Below are positions 9,691-18,212 of a stretch of 64,000 bases of DNA, in pieces. Position 1 is the stretch's first letter, and every line of letters starts with the position of its first letter. A program made the position numbers and the translations under genes. This DNA is from Pirellulales bacterium (GTDB lineage Bacteria; Planctomycetota; Planctomycetia; Pirellulales; PALSA-1355), in contig JBBDNV010000087.1 in the NCBI GenBank assembly GCA_040877415.1, forward strand, positions 20,884 to 84,883. Reading direction: 5' to 3'. The notes beneath the pieces are model-generated. The model saw nothing but the letters and a program-made list of their open reading frames with translations. It was not told the DNA's origin and did not search any database.

Positions 9691-10902
9691 TTACAGCCAG
9701 TTCCGGAAGCGCCACGCCAGGCGGTGCAACTGCCGCTGCCAGAAGGAACGGCGGCGGCAGTAGCCGGCGTCGACGCGCCGGCTGGCTTCGATTTCTTCCT
9801 GGCAAATGCGACCGAGCGCAAGCGCGAGCTGCGGCGAGTGAATCACCGCGAAAAACTCCAGGTTGATGCGCAGGCTGCGGACGTCGAGATTGCACGAGCC
9901 GATGACGCTAAAGCGGCCGTCAATCTCCATGGCCTTGCCGTGCAGCATGCGGTCGCGCCGCTCGTAGATGCGAATGCCGCGCTTGAGCAAATGCTCGTAA
10001 AAGTGCCGCGTCGCCCACCCGACGAGCTTGACGTCGCTTGCTTCCGGCACAATCACGCGCACCCGAACTCCGCGGCGGCGGGCCTTGACCAACTCGCGCA
10101 GCACGCGGCCGCGCGGAATGAAATACGCCATCAAAACAGTGATCTCCCGCCGGGCCTGTTGAATCAAAGGAACCAGCACGCGGTGCGGCCGGCGGTCGGT
10201 GAACGTGGGCCGGGAGTCGAAAAAGTAGAGCGCCTCGCGCGGGGCGTGGGCAAAATCGGGCACCGACCATCGCGGCGGTTTTTCTCGCGGTTGATGATGC
10301 ACGCGCTTCCACAATCGCTCCATCAGGGCGGCGATCTCGGCTTGGCGCGGGCCCACCATCCGGGCGTGTACGTCGCGCCAGCCGGCGCTCGTGGGCAGAC
10401 CGCGGCGCCTGGCGTCGGCGGCGGTGCGCAGGCCGCCTTGATCGACCACGTTCATGCCGCCGAAGTAGGCAATCCCGTCGTCGACCACGAGCAGCTTGCG
10501 GTGGTTTCGCTGGTTGAGCGCCTGCAAAATTCTGGGTGCGCGTAACACGTGTCCGAGCGAATGAAAGACGTGCACCTGGACACCGGCGTCGCGCAGTCGG
10601 TTCAACAGCGCGGCCGGGAGCGAAAAGCTGCCGAAGCCGTCGACCATCAATCGCACGTCGAGGCCCGCTTGGGCCCGCTCCGCGAGTGCGTCGGCCACGG
10701 CCCGCCCGGCCGTATCGTCGGCGAAGATGTAACTTTCCATCCACACGCGCGAGCCGGCGGCGCGAATGTCCGCGAGCATCGCGTCGATCAAGGGAGGCGA
10801 CTCGGCAAAAAGCCGCATCTCGTGGCCGGCCACGATCACGCGATCGCGTGACTCGGAATCGTCCGGGTCGGAAGGTGGTTGCATGAGATGGTACCGGCAC
10901 AA
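9691..10902 (-). CDS. Phospholipase D / cardiolipin synthase family protein (ClsB-like, two HKD motifs)
   Basis: First HKD is NHRKLLVVDDGIAYFGGMN. Second HKD is LHGKAMEIDGRFSVIGSCNLD. The size fits a short cardiolipin synthase. Confidence 0.8.
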   Translation of the reverse strand: MCRYHLMQPPSDPDDSESRDRVIVAGHEMRLFAESPPLIDAMLADIRAAGSRVWMESYIFADDTAGRAVADALAERAQAGLDVRLMVDGFGSFSLPAALLNRLRDAGVQVHVFHSLGHVLRAPRILQALNQRNHRKLLVVDDGIAYFGGMNVVDQGGLRTAADARRRGLPTSAGWRDVHARMVGPRQAEIAALMERLWKRVHHQPREKPPRWSVPDFAHAPREALYFFDSRPTFTDRRPHRVLVPLIQQARREITVLMAYFIPRGRVLRELVKARRRGVRVRVIVPEASDVKLVGWATRHFYEHLLKRGIRIYERRDRMLHGKAMEIDGRFSVIGSCNLDVRSLRINLEFFAVIHSPQLALALGRICQEEIEASRRVDAGYCRRRSFWQRQLHRLAWRFRNWL

Positions 10903-11071
10903 GCACTACGGGGGCGACGCGGGTTTACTGCAATTCTACTTCGCCGCAAAAACAAGTGTGAGCTTCGCGGCGGCCACGAAAAGTCGCGTCGAACCGCTCG
11001 TGGCGGCCGAACGCTCTTGGCCTTTCGCTTGCGACAGGTAGACTTGGGGTGAACGACCGACACTTCGAGCG

Positions 11072-11432
<361 letters not shown>

Positions 11433-11434
<2 letters not shown>

Positions 11435-11579
11435 CCACGCCCCCGGCCCTCGAAGCCACGTGTGAAATGCGCCGCGTGCGGCCAAACTCGCCGGTAACCA
11501 CCACCAGCACGCGCCCGTCCAAGCCATGCTGATAGACGCGATTGCTGTCGTCCGAAAGGCGATTTCCGTTCAGTATCAC
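11433..11579 (-). pseudogene. Internal fragment of a DUF1501-family gene (paralog of 13615-15033)
   Basis: It translates to [35 protein letters not shown]. The intact gene has [34 protein letters not shown]. The DNA at 11432-11530 aligns by eye to 13897-13995 with scattered mismatches. There is no N- or C-terminal remainder. Confidence 0.65.
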
Positions 11580-12394
11580 GTATTATTCAACAAGAAGTAA
11601 GTCGAGAGTCCTATGACGCCCGTCGCAAGAGCGACAGCCACGACGCGCAGAAAGTTGTGAAGCAGGTCGTTGCCTTCTCCAGCAATGCTGCCAATGAGGC
11701 GGTCAATCGCTCCAATCAGAGTCATGAGCAACGCGCCGGACTGTCTGAAAACACTCGCGGTAGCCTCTCCCACGCTCTGGAAACGTTCAGGATTTACTTC
11801 AATCCATGGATCTAGGGCGTCAGATGCCTGATCTCGCGTAAATTGTGCAGCTGCGTCCCGGACGCCTTCTAATGCCTTTGCGAATTCGTCAACTGCCGCA
11901 TATTTGGAAGTTTGCAAGTAAGCGAGCAGACCGCCCCGAGCGTACAACAGCATCTCTCCATATTGACACACAGGCAGTTGAGAGTTGCTGCTGAATCGTC
12001 GATCAGGACCACCATCCTTATTGGGATGCTCCCACGTATGCCCGAGAATTGTCGCGTCCCCAGGCGCAATTCGCTCAATGAAGCGTACGCTCTTTGTCGA
12101 GGCCGTTAATTCGTTGTAGGTCACGTGAGCAATTCCGGATGAGTCGTAAAGGACGATTCCATTCGGCAGCAAATAAAGCGTGCGACCGGACAATCGGATC
12201 GCGGGAATTGGGACATCTGATTTGACCCAAAGCGGCGTTCCTTGACCTACGGATGCCGCAACTCGATGCTCGTGTAGTGTAGGCAGATGGAGCGACGGCG
12301 AATCTCCCATCGCGCGCACAACGCTACCAGCCAGATTGAAAGACAGAGAGCGACTGCCGCCAGAGTGGGATTTATGAAGAATGCGCCGATGCAA
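11576..12394 (-). CDS. Hypothetical protein, probably the C-terminal continuation of the upstream DUF4236 ORF
   Basis: AT-richer DNA. Conserved-looking core TWEHPNKDGGPDRRFSSNSQLPVCQYGEM and a C-terminal TM (VAVALATGVIGLSTYFLL). It overlaps ORF 12247-12759 by 148 nt in another frame. Confidence 0.45.
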   Translation of the reverse strand: MHRRILHKSHSGGSRSLSFNLAGSVVRAMGDSPSLHLPTLHEHRVAASVGQGTPLWVKSDVPIPAIRLSGRTLYLLPNGIVLYDSSGIAHVTYNELTASTKSVRFIERIAPGDATILGHTWEHPNKDGGPDRRFSSNSQLPVCQYGEMLLYARGGLLAYLQTSKYAAVDEFAKALEGVRDAAAQFTRDQASDALDPWIEVNPERFQSVGEATASVFRQSGALLMTLIGAIDRLIGSIAGEGNDLLHNFLRVVAVALATGVIGLSTYFLLNNT

Positions 12395-12759
12395 ACCGCC
12401 GTCGACGCTAGTCCCACTAGCATATCAATTCGATGCCACTGGCGCGGTTGCGCGAGCAGTTGTAGCATCTGTGACGTGGACGCTTTCGCGAGTGAGGCCG
12501 CCGACGATGCCGAAAACACGTTGGTTGGCTGAGTGGTTGTTGAAGCAGCATTCGAAGCTGTCGGCGTGCGTGCTGAACGGTTGCGGGTAAGCTCTTGTCG
12601 GTAATAAACACCGTAGCGACCCGCGTGCACGTATTCCGTGCCGTTCGGTCGGATGCCGTAACGAAGTCCGGTGATGCCGACGGACGCTCCGATGCCCGAT
12701 TTGGACAAATTCAACCGAATCGGTCCCAACCTGATTGATTTGCGAAAATAGAGCCCCAT
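12247..12759 (-). CDS. DUF4236 domain-containing membrane protein (N-terminal part)
   Basis: The N-terminus MGLYFRKSIRLGPIRLNLSKSGIGASVGITGLRYGI is the DUF4236 signature as I recall it. A Ser/Thr/Ala-rich linker follows, then two TM segments. Confidence 0.6.
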   Translation of the reverse strand: MGLYFRKSIRLGPIRLNLSKSGIGASVGITGLRYGIRPNGTEYVHAGRYGVYYRQELTRNRSARTPTASNAASTTTQPTNVFSASSAASLAKASTSQMLQLLAQPRQWHRIDMLVGLASTAVCIGAFFINPTLAAVALCLSIWLVALCARWEIRRRSICLHYTSIELRHP

Positions 12760-12986
12760 GGTTATCTCGGCCGCGGCCGGTCCCCGAGCGAGCCAACCTT
12801 ATGCTGGCGCGATTCTACCGACGGAATATCACCAATTCAAACAGACGATACGCGGCTTGAGATGCGCCGCGGCCAATCACGCGCCGGGCAGCAGCTCGCC
12901 AATGGCCACAGGGACCGCCTCATGTTCGACCTGCACGACTTGGCGTTCGCAAGGTCCGAGTGAGCAGGAGCTACAACGCGGTCCGG

Positions 12987-13289
12987 CTACAACCGGCGAA
13001 ACTGACGCGGCAAATCACGGACGGCATCGACCACTCGCATCACTTCGATTCCGTCAGGATGCGGCTGATAGAAGACAAGCCATCGCTTGTGCTTCAGGTA
13101 GAGCCATCCCTCGGGTGCGCTGGAATGCTTGTGACCCGGCAGCTGCTTTCCGGCGTGTTCGATGACTCGGTCTCGAATCGCGTAATAGAGTCGTTCTCCC
13201 GTCGCTGGCTTTCGATCAACGAAGGCGATGTAGAACAAGATGTCGTCGAGATCCGATTCGGCAACAGGTGTCCACACCGCTCGGGACAT
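12987..13289 (-). CDS. parE: Type II toxin, ParE/RelE family
   Basis: 100 aa. AESDLDDILFYI ... WLVFYQPHPDGIEVMRVVDAVRD is a typical ParE pattern. Its start ATG directly abuts the antitoxin stop (TAG-ATG). Confidence 0.8.
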   Translation of the reverse strand: MSRAVWTPVAESDLDDILFYIAFVDRKPATGERLYYAIRDRVIEHAGKQLPGHKHSSAPEGWLYLKHKRWLVFYQPHPDGIEVMRVVDAVRDLPRQFRRL

Positions 13290-13556
13290 CTAATCGAGGA
13301 TTCCTTCCTTGGCAAGCCTTTCTCGAAGCCGGGCAAGAACCTTGTCATCGTCGAGCGGTCTGGAAAGGCCTTGCTTGCTTTGCTCAGAGGCAAGCTGATT
13401 TCGCTCATGCCATCGGGCAATCTTGTCCACCTCAAGTTGGTCCAGCGCTCCCATCGCGTCGCGGAGGACCTCGTCTTCGGACGCATAGGCGCCCGACTCC
13501 ATGTGCCTCTTGATACGTTCTTCGACGTCGGGAGGAAACTGGTAGGCCATCGTCAT
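13290..13556 (-). CDS. parD: Type II antitoxin, ParD-like
   Basis: 88 aa. ESGAYASEDEVLRDAMGAL is the ParD-type motif. It lies immediately upstream of parE. Confidence 0.7.
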   Translation of the reverse strand: MTMAYQFPPDVEERIKRHMESGAYASEDEVLRDAMGALDQLEVDKIARWHERNQLASEQSKQGLSRPLDDDKVLARLRERLAKEGILD

Positions 13557-13614
13557 CCCTTGGCTTTCTCTTGGCTCGTTTGACCTCTCGCTATGATACC
13601 ATGTCGGACGCGAA

Positions 13615-15033
13615 TCACGCGCGCGGCAGCAACTCGCGAATGGCCTGGCCGTGGGAGACGATCGGCGTGGGACGGCCGGCGTGGTCGGGGATCGTCACGT
13701 GCTCGTAGTCGATTCCCAGGTGCCGATAAATCGTGGCCAGAAAATCGTGCGGCCCCACGCGGCGTTCGACAACCTCTTCGCCGCGGCGGTCGGTGGCACC
13801 GATGATTTGGCCGGTTGGAATGCCTCCGCCGGCCCAGATCATCGAGTTGGCTTGCGGCCAGTGATCGCGCCCCGGCTGCACGGTGCCGGCCGACGCGCTG
13901 GCCACGCCCCCGCCGCTACTGGCCACGTGTGAAATGCGCGGCGTGCGACCGAACTCGCCGGTCACCACCACCAGCACGCGCTTGTCCAGCCCGCGGGCAT
14001 AGATGTCTTCGATCAATGCCGACACGGCCTGGTCAAAATAGGGCGCGCGGAAGCGCAGCGCGTCGAACACGTGATGATTCACCGCGTGGTCGTCCCAGTT
14101 TTGCACCCGGCCACACAGCGGGCCGTCGAACACGGTGGTCACGATCTCGACGCCGGCCTCGATCAGGCGGCGGGCCATCAGGCATTGCTGTCCCCACGGG
14201 TGCAGGCCGTACCGCTCGCGCACATCCGGCTTCTCCAGGCTCAGGTCGAACGCCCGGGCGGCCGCGGAGCTGGTGAGCAGGCTCATGGCCTGGGCCTCGA
14301 AATCGTCCATCGCCCGCATCACACCCGACTCGTCCAGCGCGCGCCGGAACTTGTCGAATGACTGTCGCAGACGAATCCGCTCGCGCAGCCGGCCGGCCTG
14401 TCCCGGATCCGACAGGCCGACGTTGGGCACCTTGAATCCCGGCGCGCTCGGATCGCCAGAGACGACAAACGGCTCGTAGGAAGGCCCCAGATACGCGGGG
14501 CCGGCGATGGTGAAAGCGTCATAGCGCGTGATCGGGTTGACGCCGACGTAATTGGGCAGCTCCTTCACCCGATCCGATCGCAGGTAGTGGGCCACGCTCA
14601 TCAGATCGGGATACACCGGCACGATCTTGTCCGCCGCGTCGGGATCGCCCGAGAGAAGCTGCAGCGAACCGGATGGATGTCCGCCGCCGGTGTGAGCCAT
14701 CGAACGCAGCAGGGCGAACTTGTCGGACAATTGCGCTTGCCGCGGCACCAGCTCGGTCAATCGCAGCCCCGGCGTGTGGGTGGCGATGGTGCCAAAAGGC
14801 CCGCTGTAGTCGGAGCCGGCCAGGGGTTTGGGATCGTAGGTGTCCAAATGGCTGCAGCCGCCGCGCAGCCAGACGATGATCACGGCCGTGCGCTCGCCGC
14901 CGCCGGGCGTCGCGGCCGCGGCTCGCAAACGCAACAGCCCCGGCAACGACAGCGCGCCAAACCCGGCCAGGCCGACGCGCAGAAACTCCCGCCGGGAAGT
15001 TGACAGGGCACGTGCCTTCGCGCTTGGGACCAT
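13615..15033 (-). CDS. DUF1501 domain-containing protein (sulfatase-like, Tat-exported)
   Basis: Tat-type N-terminus SRREFLRVGLAGFGALSL. DUF1501 hallmarks [25 protein letters not shown] and GRDHW. Confidence 0.85.
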   Translation of the reverse strand: MVPSAKARALSTSRREFLRVGLAGFGALSLPGLLRLRAAAATPGGGERTAVIIVWLRGGCSHLDTYDPKPLAGSDYSGPFGTIATHTPGLRLTELVPRQAQLSDKFALLRSMAHTGGGHPSGSLQLLSGDPDAADKIVPVYPDLMSVAHYLRSDRVKELPNYVGVNPITRYDAFTIAGPAYLGPSYEPFVVSGDPSAPGFKVPNVGLSDPGQAGRLRERIRLRQSFDKFRRALDESGVMRAMDDFEAQAMSLLTSSAAARAFDLSLEKPDVRERYGLHPWGQQCLMARRLIEAGVEIVTTVFDGPLCGRVQNWDDHAVNHHVFDALRFRAPYFDQAVSALIEDIYARGLDKRVLVVVTGEFGRTPRISHVASSGGGVASASAGTVQPGRDHWPQANSMIWAGGGIPTGQIIGATDRRGEEVVERRVGPHDFLATIYRHLGIDYEHVTIPDHAGRPTPIVSHGQAIRELLPRA

Positions 15034-15069
15034 GCGTCGAACCCCTGCGTTTTGCGAACGTGTGAAAAG

Positions 15070-15143
15070 TACGCCCGACAGGATTCGAACCTGTAACCCT
15101 CGGTTCCGAAGACCGATGCGCTATCCAATTGCGCCACGGGCGC
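15070..15143 (-). tRNA. tRNA-Arg (anticodon UCG)
   Basis: Hand-folded cloverleaf on the minus strand. Acceptor GCGCCCG/CGGGCGU (G1-U72 wobble). D arm GCGC-AAUUGGAUA-GCGC. Anticodon arm UCGGU-CUUCGGA-ACCGA. T arm ACAGG-UUCGAAU-CCUGU. Discriminator A. CCA is not encoded. Confidence 0.9.
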
Positions 15144-15429
15144 GTGCCAATTCAGCTTACGTTGTCCGGCCGTCCGGGACAAGCACGCGACAGCACGCGC
15201 ACGAGCGCGATTGCGCGACGTGTCCGCGGGATTCGGCGCTTGCGGCGACAGCGCGCGGGCGGCGGACAATCCGCCATGCCAGATTCTTTTGCTTGCGCTT
15301 CAGCTTGGTATGCGGCTTGCGGCGCGCAGAGAACTGCAGTCGACTTGAGCCGGGGGCGGTGGGATGCTATAAGCGCAGGTGCCGTGGCGCGGCCGCGGCG
15401 GCGGTCTCGTTTCTGCCGGCAGTGCATCC

Positions 15430-16101
15430 ATGGCGCAAATCACCCTACGCGTGCTGGACGGCGCCGATCGCGGCCGGATCTACGAAAATCTACCGACGCC
15501 CGTGACGATCGGCCGCGAAGAAGGCAATTCGCTGCAGCTCAACGACGAGCGCGTGAGCCGCTTTCACGTCAAAATCCAGGAAGACCAGGAAAAAATCGTC
15601 ATCACCGACCTGGAAAGCACCAACGGCACCAAGGTCAACGGCGAGGATATCCAGCTCCGCATTCTGCGCTATGGCGACATCGTCAGCCTGGGCCGCACGG
15701 TGCTCTTGTTCGGCTCGCGCGAGCAGATCGCCCAGCGGCTGGCCGCGCTGCGCGGCGAGAAACCGACGACCGGGAGCTTGAAAGACGCGCTGCAAGCCGG
15801 AAAGGCCGGCTCGCTCGAATTCGAGTTGAACTGGAGCGGCGACCCAGACATCCAAAGCACGCTGCATACGCTCTTGCCCCCCGATCTGCCCGAGCGTTTG
15901 AGCCCGGGCCAGGCGGCCCAGCTCTGCGAGCTGTTGGAATACTTGCACGTTCGCATTCGCGACATGCTCAATGCCGTCAAGATCAAGGCCGACGCGGAGC
16001 AAGTGGTGCTCGAGGCGCGGCAGTGGCAGAACCTGATCGACGTGCAATCCCGTTTGGCGAGCTACCTGCGCGCCGTCGGCCAGCCGCCGGAAGAGGAGTG
16101 A
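15430..16101 (+). CDS. FHA domain-containing protein
   Basis: Start at MAQITLRVLDG. FHA core is TIGREEGNSLQLNDERVSRFHVKI...DLESTNGTKVNG. Confidence 0.8.
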   Translation: MAQITLRVLDGADRGRIYENLPTPVTIGREEGNSLQLNDERVSRFHVKIQEDQEKIVITDLESTNGTKVNGEDIQLRILRYGDIVSLGRTVLLFGSREQIAQRLAALRGEKPTTGSLKDALQAGKAGSLEFELNWSGDPDIQSTLHTLLPPDLPERLSPGQAAQLCELLEYLHVRIRDMLNAVKIKADAEQVVLEARQWQNLIDVQSRLASYLRAVGQPPEEE

Positions 16102-16120
16102 CGCGGAATCGGGGAAAGGA

Positions 16121-16158
16121 TTTTGAACCACGACGACACGACGAGCACGACGCAAAGG
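16121..16158 (+). repeat. AACCAC-type repeat, copy A (direct repeat partner of 16945-16980)
   Basis: TTTTGAACCACGACGACACGACGAGCACGACGCAAAGG. The first 24 nt are identical to the copy at 16945. Confidence 0.75.
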
Positions 16159-16212
16159 ACCGTGGTTGTCGCCGTTTTTTCCTCGTTGCGCCGTGGTAGT
16201 CAACTCCGATTC

Positions 16213-16911
16213 CTACGCCGCATCGTCGGCGCTCGGCCGGCGTTTATGCCTCGCAAGGCGGTAGAGCAGCGTATTGCCTTGTTTGCCGACGGGCTCAACG
16301 GCGCGCATCTCGCGCAGGCAATAGGCGATACGCTGTGCCGCGTGGCGATCGACGCCGCATAGCTCGGCCAGCGCGCGGGTGTGAAACTCGGCCGGCAACG
16401 GGGCCGGCAGGAGCTTGATCAGATCGGCCGGCCGGCAAAGCCGGACGCTTGCGCCGACGGCAATCAGCTTTTGATCGGCCACCACGTGATCGTTTCGCCG
16501 CCAGCGCCGCCGACGGCCGTGACCCGGATAACGCCATTCTTCGACGTCGACCAGCACCACTTCAACGGCCAGCCGCGGATGCGGAAAGACGCGCGTGAAA
16601 TACACCAGCTCGTCAAAGATGTCGAGCAACCCGCCGCGCTTGGGGCTCAGCCGCCGCGAGACGGCCTCGCCGTCCGGCGCGGGCTGCTTCACCAGCATTT
16701 TGGTGCGCACGATCGGCTTGACGACTAGCACGCGGTGGCGCGCGACGAGACGGCCGATTTTGTCGCGAATGGCTGCCAGCGAGCCGTGCTGAATTTCGAT
16801 CAATTGCCCGCCGCTGACCGCGTCGATGCGATAGTCGTCGAGCACGACTTCCGTGCGGGCCCGTTGGCCGGCATAGCGGCGTTTCAGATCGCGGTGCAGC
16901 GAGGTTTCCAT
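16213..16911 (-). CDS. Hypothetical nuclease-fold protein (CoiA-like D...EIQ motif) with C-terminal winged-helix-like region
   Basis: Start at METSLH. YRIDAVSGGQLIEIQHGSL resembles the PD-(D/E)xK / CoiA ExQ core. The C-terminus (ALAELCGVDRHAAQRIAYCLREMRAVEPVGKQGNTLLYRLA) looks like a wHTH. It is bracketed by direct repeats. Confidence 0.5.
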   Translation of the reverse strand: METSLHRDLKRRYAGQRARTEVVLDDYRIDAVSGGQLIEIQHGSLAAIRDKIGRLVARHRVLVVKPIVRTKMLVKQPAPDGEAVSRRLSPKRGGLLDIFDELVYFTRVFPHPRLAVEVVLVDVEEWRYPGHGRRRRWRRNDHVVADQKLIAVGASVRLCRPADLIKLLPAPLPAEFHTRALAELCGVDRHAAQRIAYCLREMRAVEPVGKQGNTLLYRLARHKRRPSADDAA

Positions 16912-16944
16912 CGATCCGCGAGTTTCCTCGCTGATTGGACGCGG

Positions 16945-16980
16945 TTTTGAACCACGACGACACGACGAACACAACGAGGG
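16945..16980 (+). repeat. AACCAC-type repeat, copy B
   Basis: TTTTGAACCACGACGACACGACGAACACAACGAGGG. It lies 34 nt upstream (gene sense) of the 16911 start codon. Confidence 0.75.
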
Positions 16981-16996
16981 AGAGGACTCACGAAAG

Positions 16997-17569
16997 TTAT
17001 CGCAATTCCGCTTCCTTTTTGTCGGGCGGCTCGATGCCCAGGTCGCGAATCGTCAGCAAGCTGGCAAATTCGTAGCCGCGCGCGGCAAACGCGTCCGCGC
17101 CTCCTTCCATGCGGTCGATGATCGCCACCACGCGCTTCACCTTCAGGCCGAAGGCTTCCGCGCGCTCGATGGCCTCGAGCGACGAGCCGCCGGTCGTCAC
17201 GACGTCTTCGACAATCACGACGTTATCGCCCGGGCTTACCGGGCCTTCGATATAGCGGCCCGTGCCGTGATCCTTGGGCTGTTTTCGCACGAGGATGCCT
17301 TTCAGGGGCAAGCCGCGCACGCCGGCCATGGTGACGACGGCCGCGGTGATCGGGTCGGCGCCGATGGCCATGCCGCCGACGGCCGTGGGCAATTCATTTC
17401 CCAACAAATCGAGGATTCCCTCGGCCACGAGCTTGGCGCCCGCCGCATCGAGCGTGACCTGTTTGCCGTCGAGGTAGTAGCTGGCCTTTTTTCCCGAAGC
17501 GAGCGTGAACTCGCCGAACGCCAGCGCCTTTTCCTTGACCAGCGCGATCAGTGCCCCCTTGTCGTACAC
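16997..17569 (-). CDS. pyrE: Orotate phosphoribosyltransferase
   Basis: 190 aa. FGEFTLASGKKASYYLDGK and the PRPP-binding VVIVEDVVTTGGS motif. Confidence 0.9.
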   Translation of the reverse strand: MYDKGALIALVKEKALAFGEFTLASGKKASYYLDGKQVTLDAAGAKLVAEGILDLLGNELPTAVGGMAIGADPITAAVVTMAGVRGLPLKGILVRKQPKDHGTGRYIEGPVSPGDNVVIVEDVVTTGGSSLEAIERAEAFGLKVKRVVAIIDRMEGGADAFAARGYEFASLLTIRDLGIEPPDKKEAELR

Positions 17570-17713
17570 GCGGTTGCCCCCTGCAAATCGACGAGCATCA
17601 TTGGTGACTTTTTCGAGCCCTCATCCTAAACCACCAGACGCAAACAATCGACAGGAAATGTGCGTGGCGAGAGGTGCGAAAATTCGCTTGAACTTGATAA
17701 GCGTCGGGGAGAA

Positions 17714-17746
17714 GATTACCACCAAGGCACCAAGGGCACCAAGAAT
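17714..17746 (+). repeat. Left arm of the inverted repeat bracketing the GxxExxY gene (contains a 9-nt tandem GGCACCAAG x2)
   Basis: GATTACCACCAAGGCACCAAGGGCACCAAGAAT. It ends in the AT of the start codon. Confidence 0.75.
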
Positions 17747-18143
17747 GGGCGAAAGCTTTGAGCCGGTCTCGCAAGAGGTTGACGCGATTGCCAAAAGCGT
17801 GATCGACGCTGCACTGCATGTGCACCGTGCGTTGGGCCCGGGACTGCTTGAGTCTGCCTACGAAATTTGTCTTTGCCACGAGCTTTCAAAACGCCGGATC
17901 AAAGTTGAGCGACAGAAGTCATGGCCTATTCTGTATGACGGCATTCGTCTTGACGCCGGCCTTCGTTTGGACTTGCTCGTGGAAGATCAGGTGATCGTCG
18001 AACTCAAAGCGGTGGAACAGATGAATCCGCTTTTTGAAGCCCAACTATTGACTTATCTAAAGTTAGCTGGGAGACGGCTCGGACTTCTGATCAACTTCAA
18101 CGTACCCTTACTGAAAGACGGCATTAAGCGATTGGTTCGCTAG
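17745..18143 (+). CDS. GxxExxY protein (PD-(D/E)xK nuclease-fold family)
   Basis: Start at MGESFEP. The literal motif is GPGLLESAY. ...DLLVEDQVIVELKAV... and LLINFN match the GxxExxY family pattern. Confidence 0.85.
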   Translation: MGESFEPVSQEVDAIAKSVIDAALHVHRALGPGLLESAYEICLCHELSKRRIKVERQKSWPILYDGIRLDAGLRLDLLVEDQVIVELKAVEQMNPLFEAQLLTYLKLAGRRLGLLINFNVPLLKDGIKRLVR

Positions 18144-18176
18144 TCGCCGGTGACCGTACGTTCCTTATCCGTCGTT

Positions 18177-18201
18177 ATTCTTGGTGCCTTGGTGGTTAAT
18201 C
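18177..18201 (-). repeat. Right arm of the inverted repeat bracketing the GxxExxY gene
   Basis: The reverse complement is GATTAACCACCAAGGCACCAAGAAT. It matches the left arm apart from one extra A and a single (not double) GGCACCAAG unit. Confidence 0.75.
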
Positions 18202-18212
18202 CTTGTCCCGCC

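Noticed and set aside
11576-13600. Calling the AT-rich parDE/DUF4236 segment a defined mobile element or genomic island.
   Set aside because: No integrase, transposase, terminal inverted repeats or duplicated tRNA 3' end could be found. It is reported only as a rearrangement or foreign-DNA scar.
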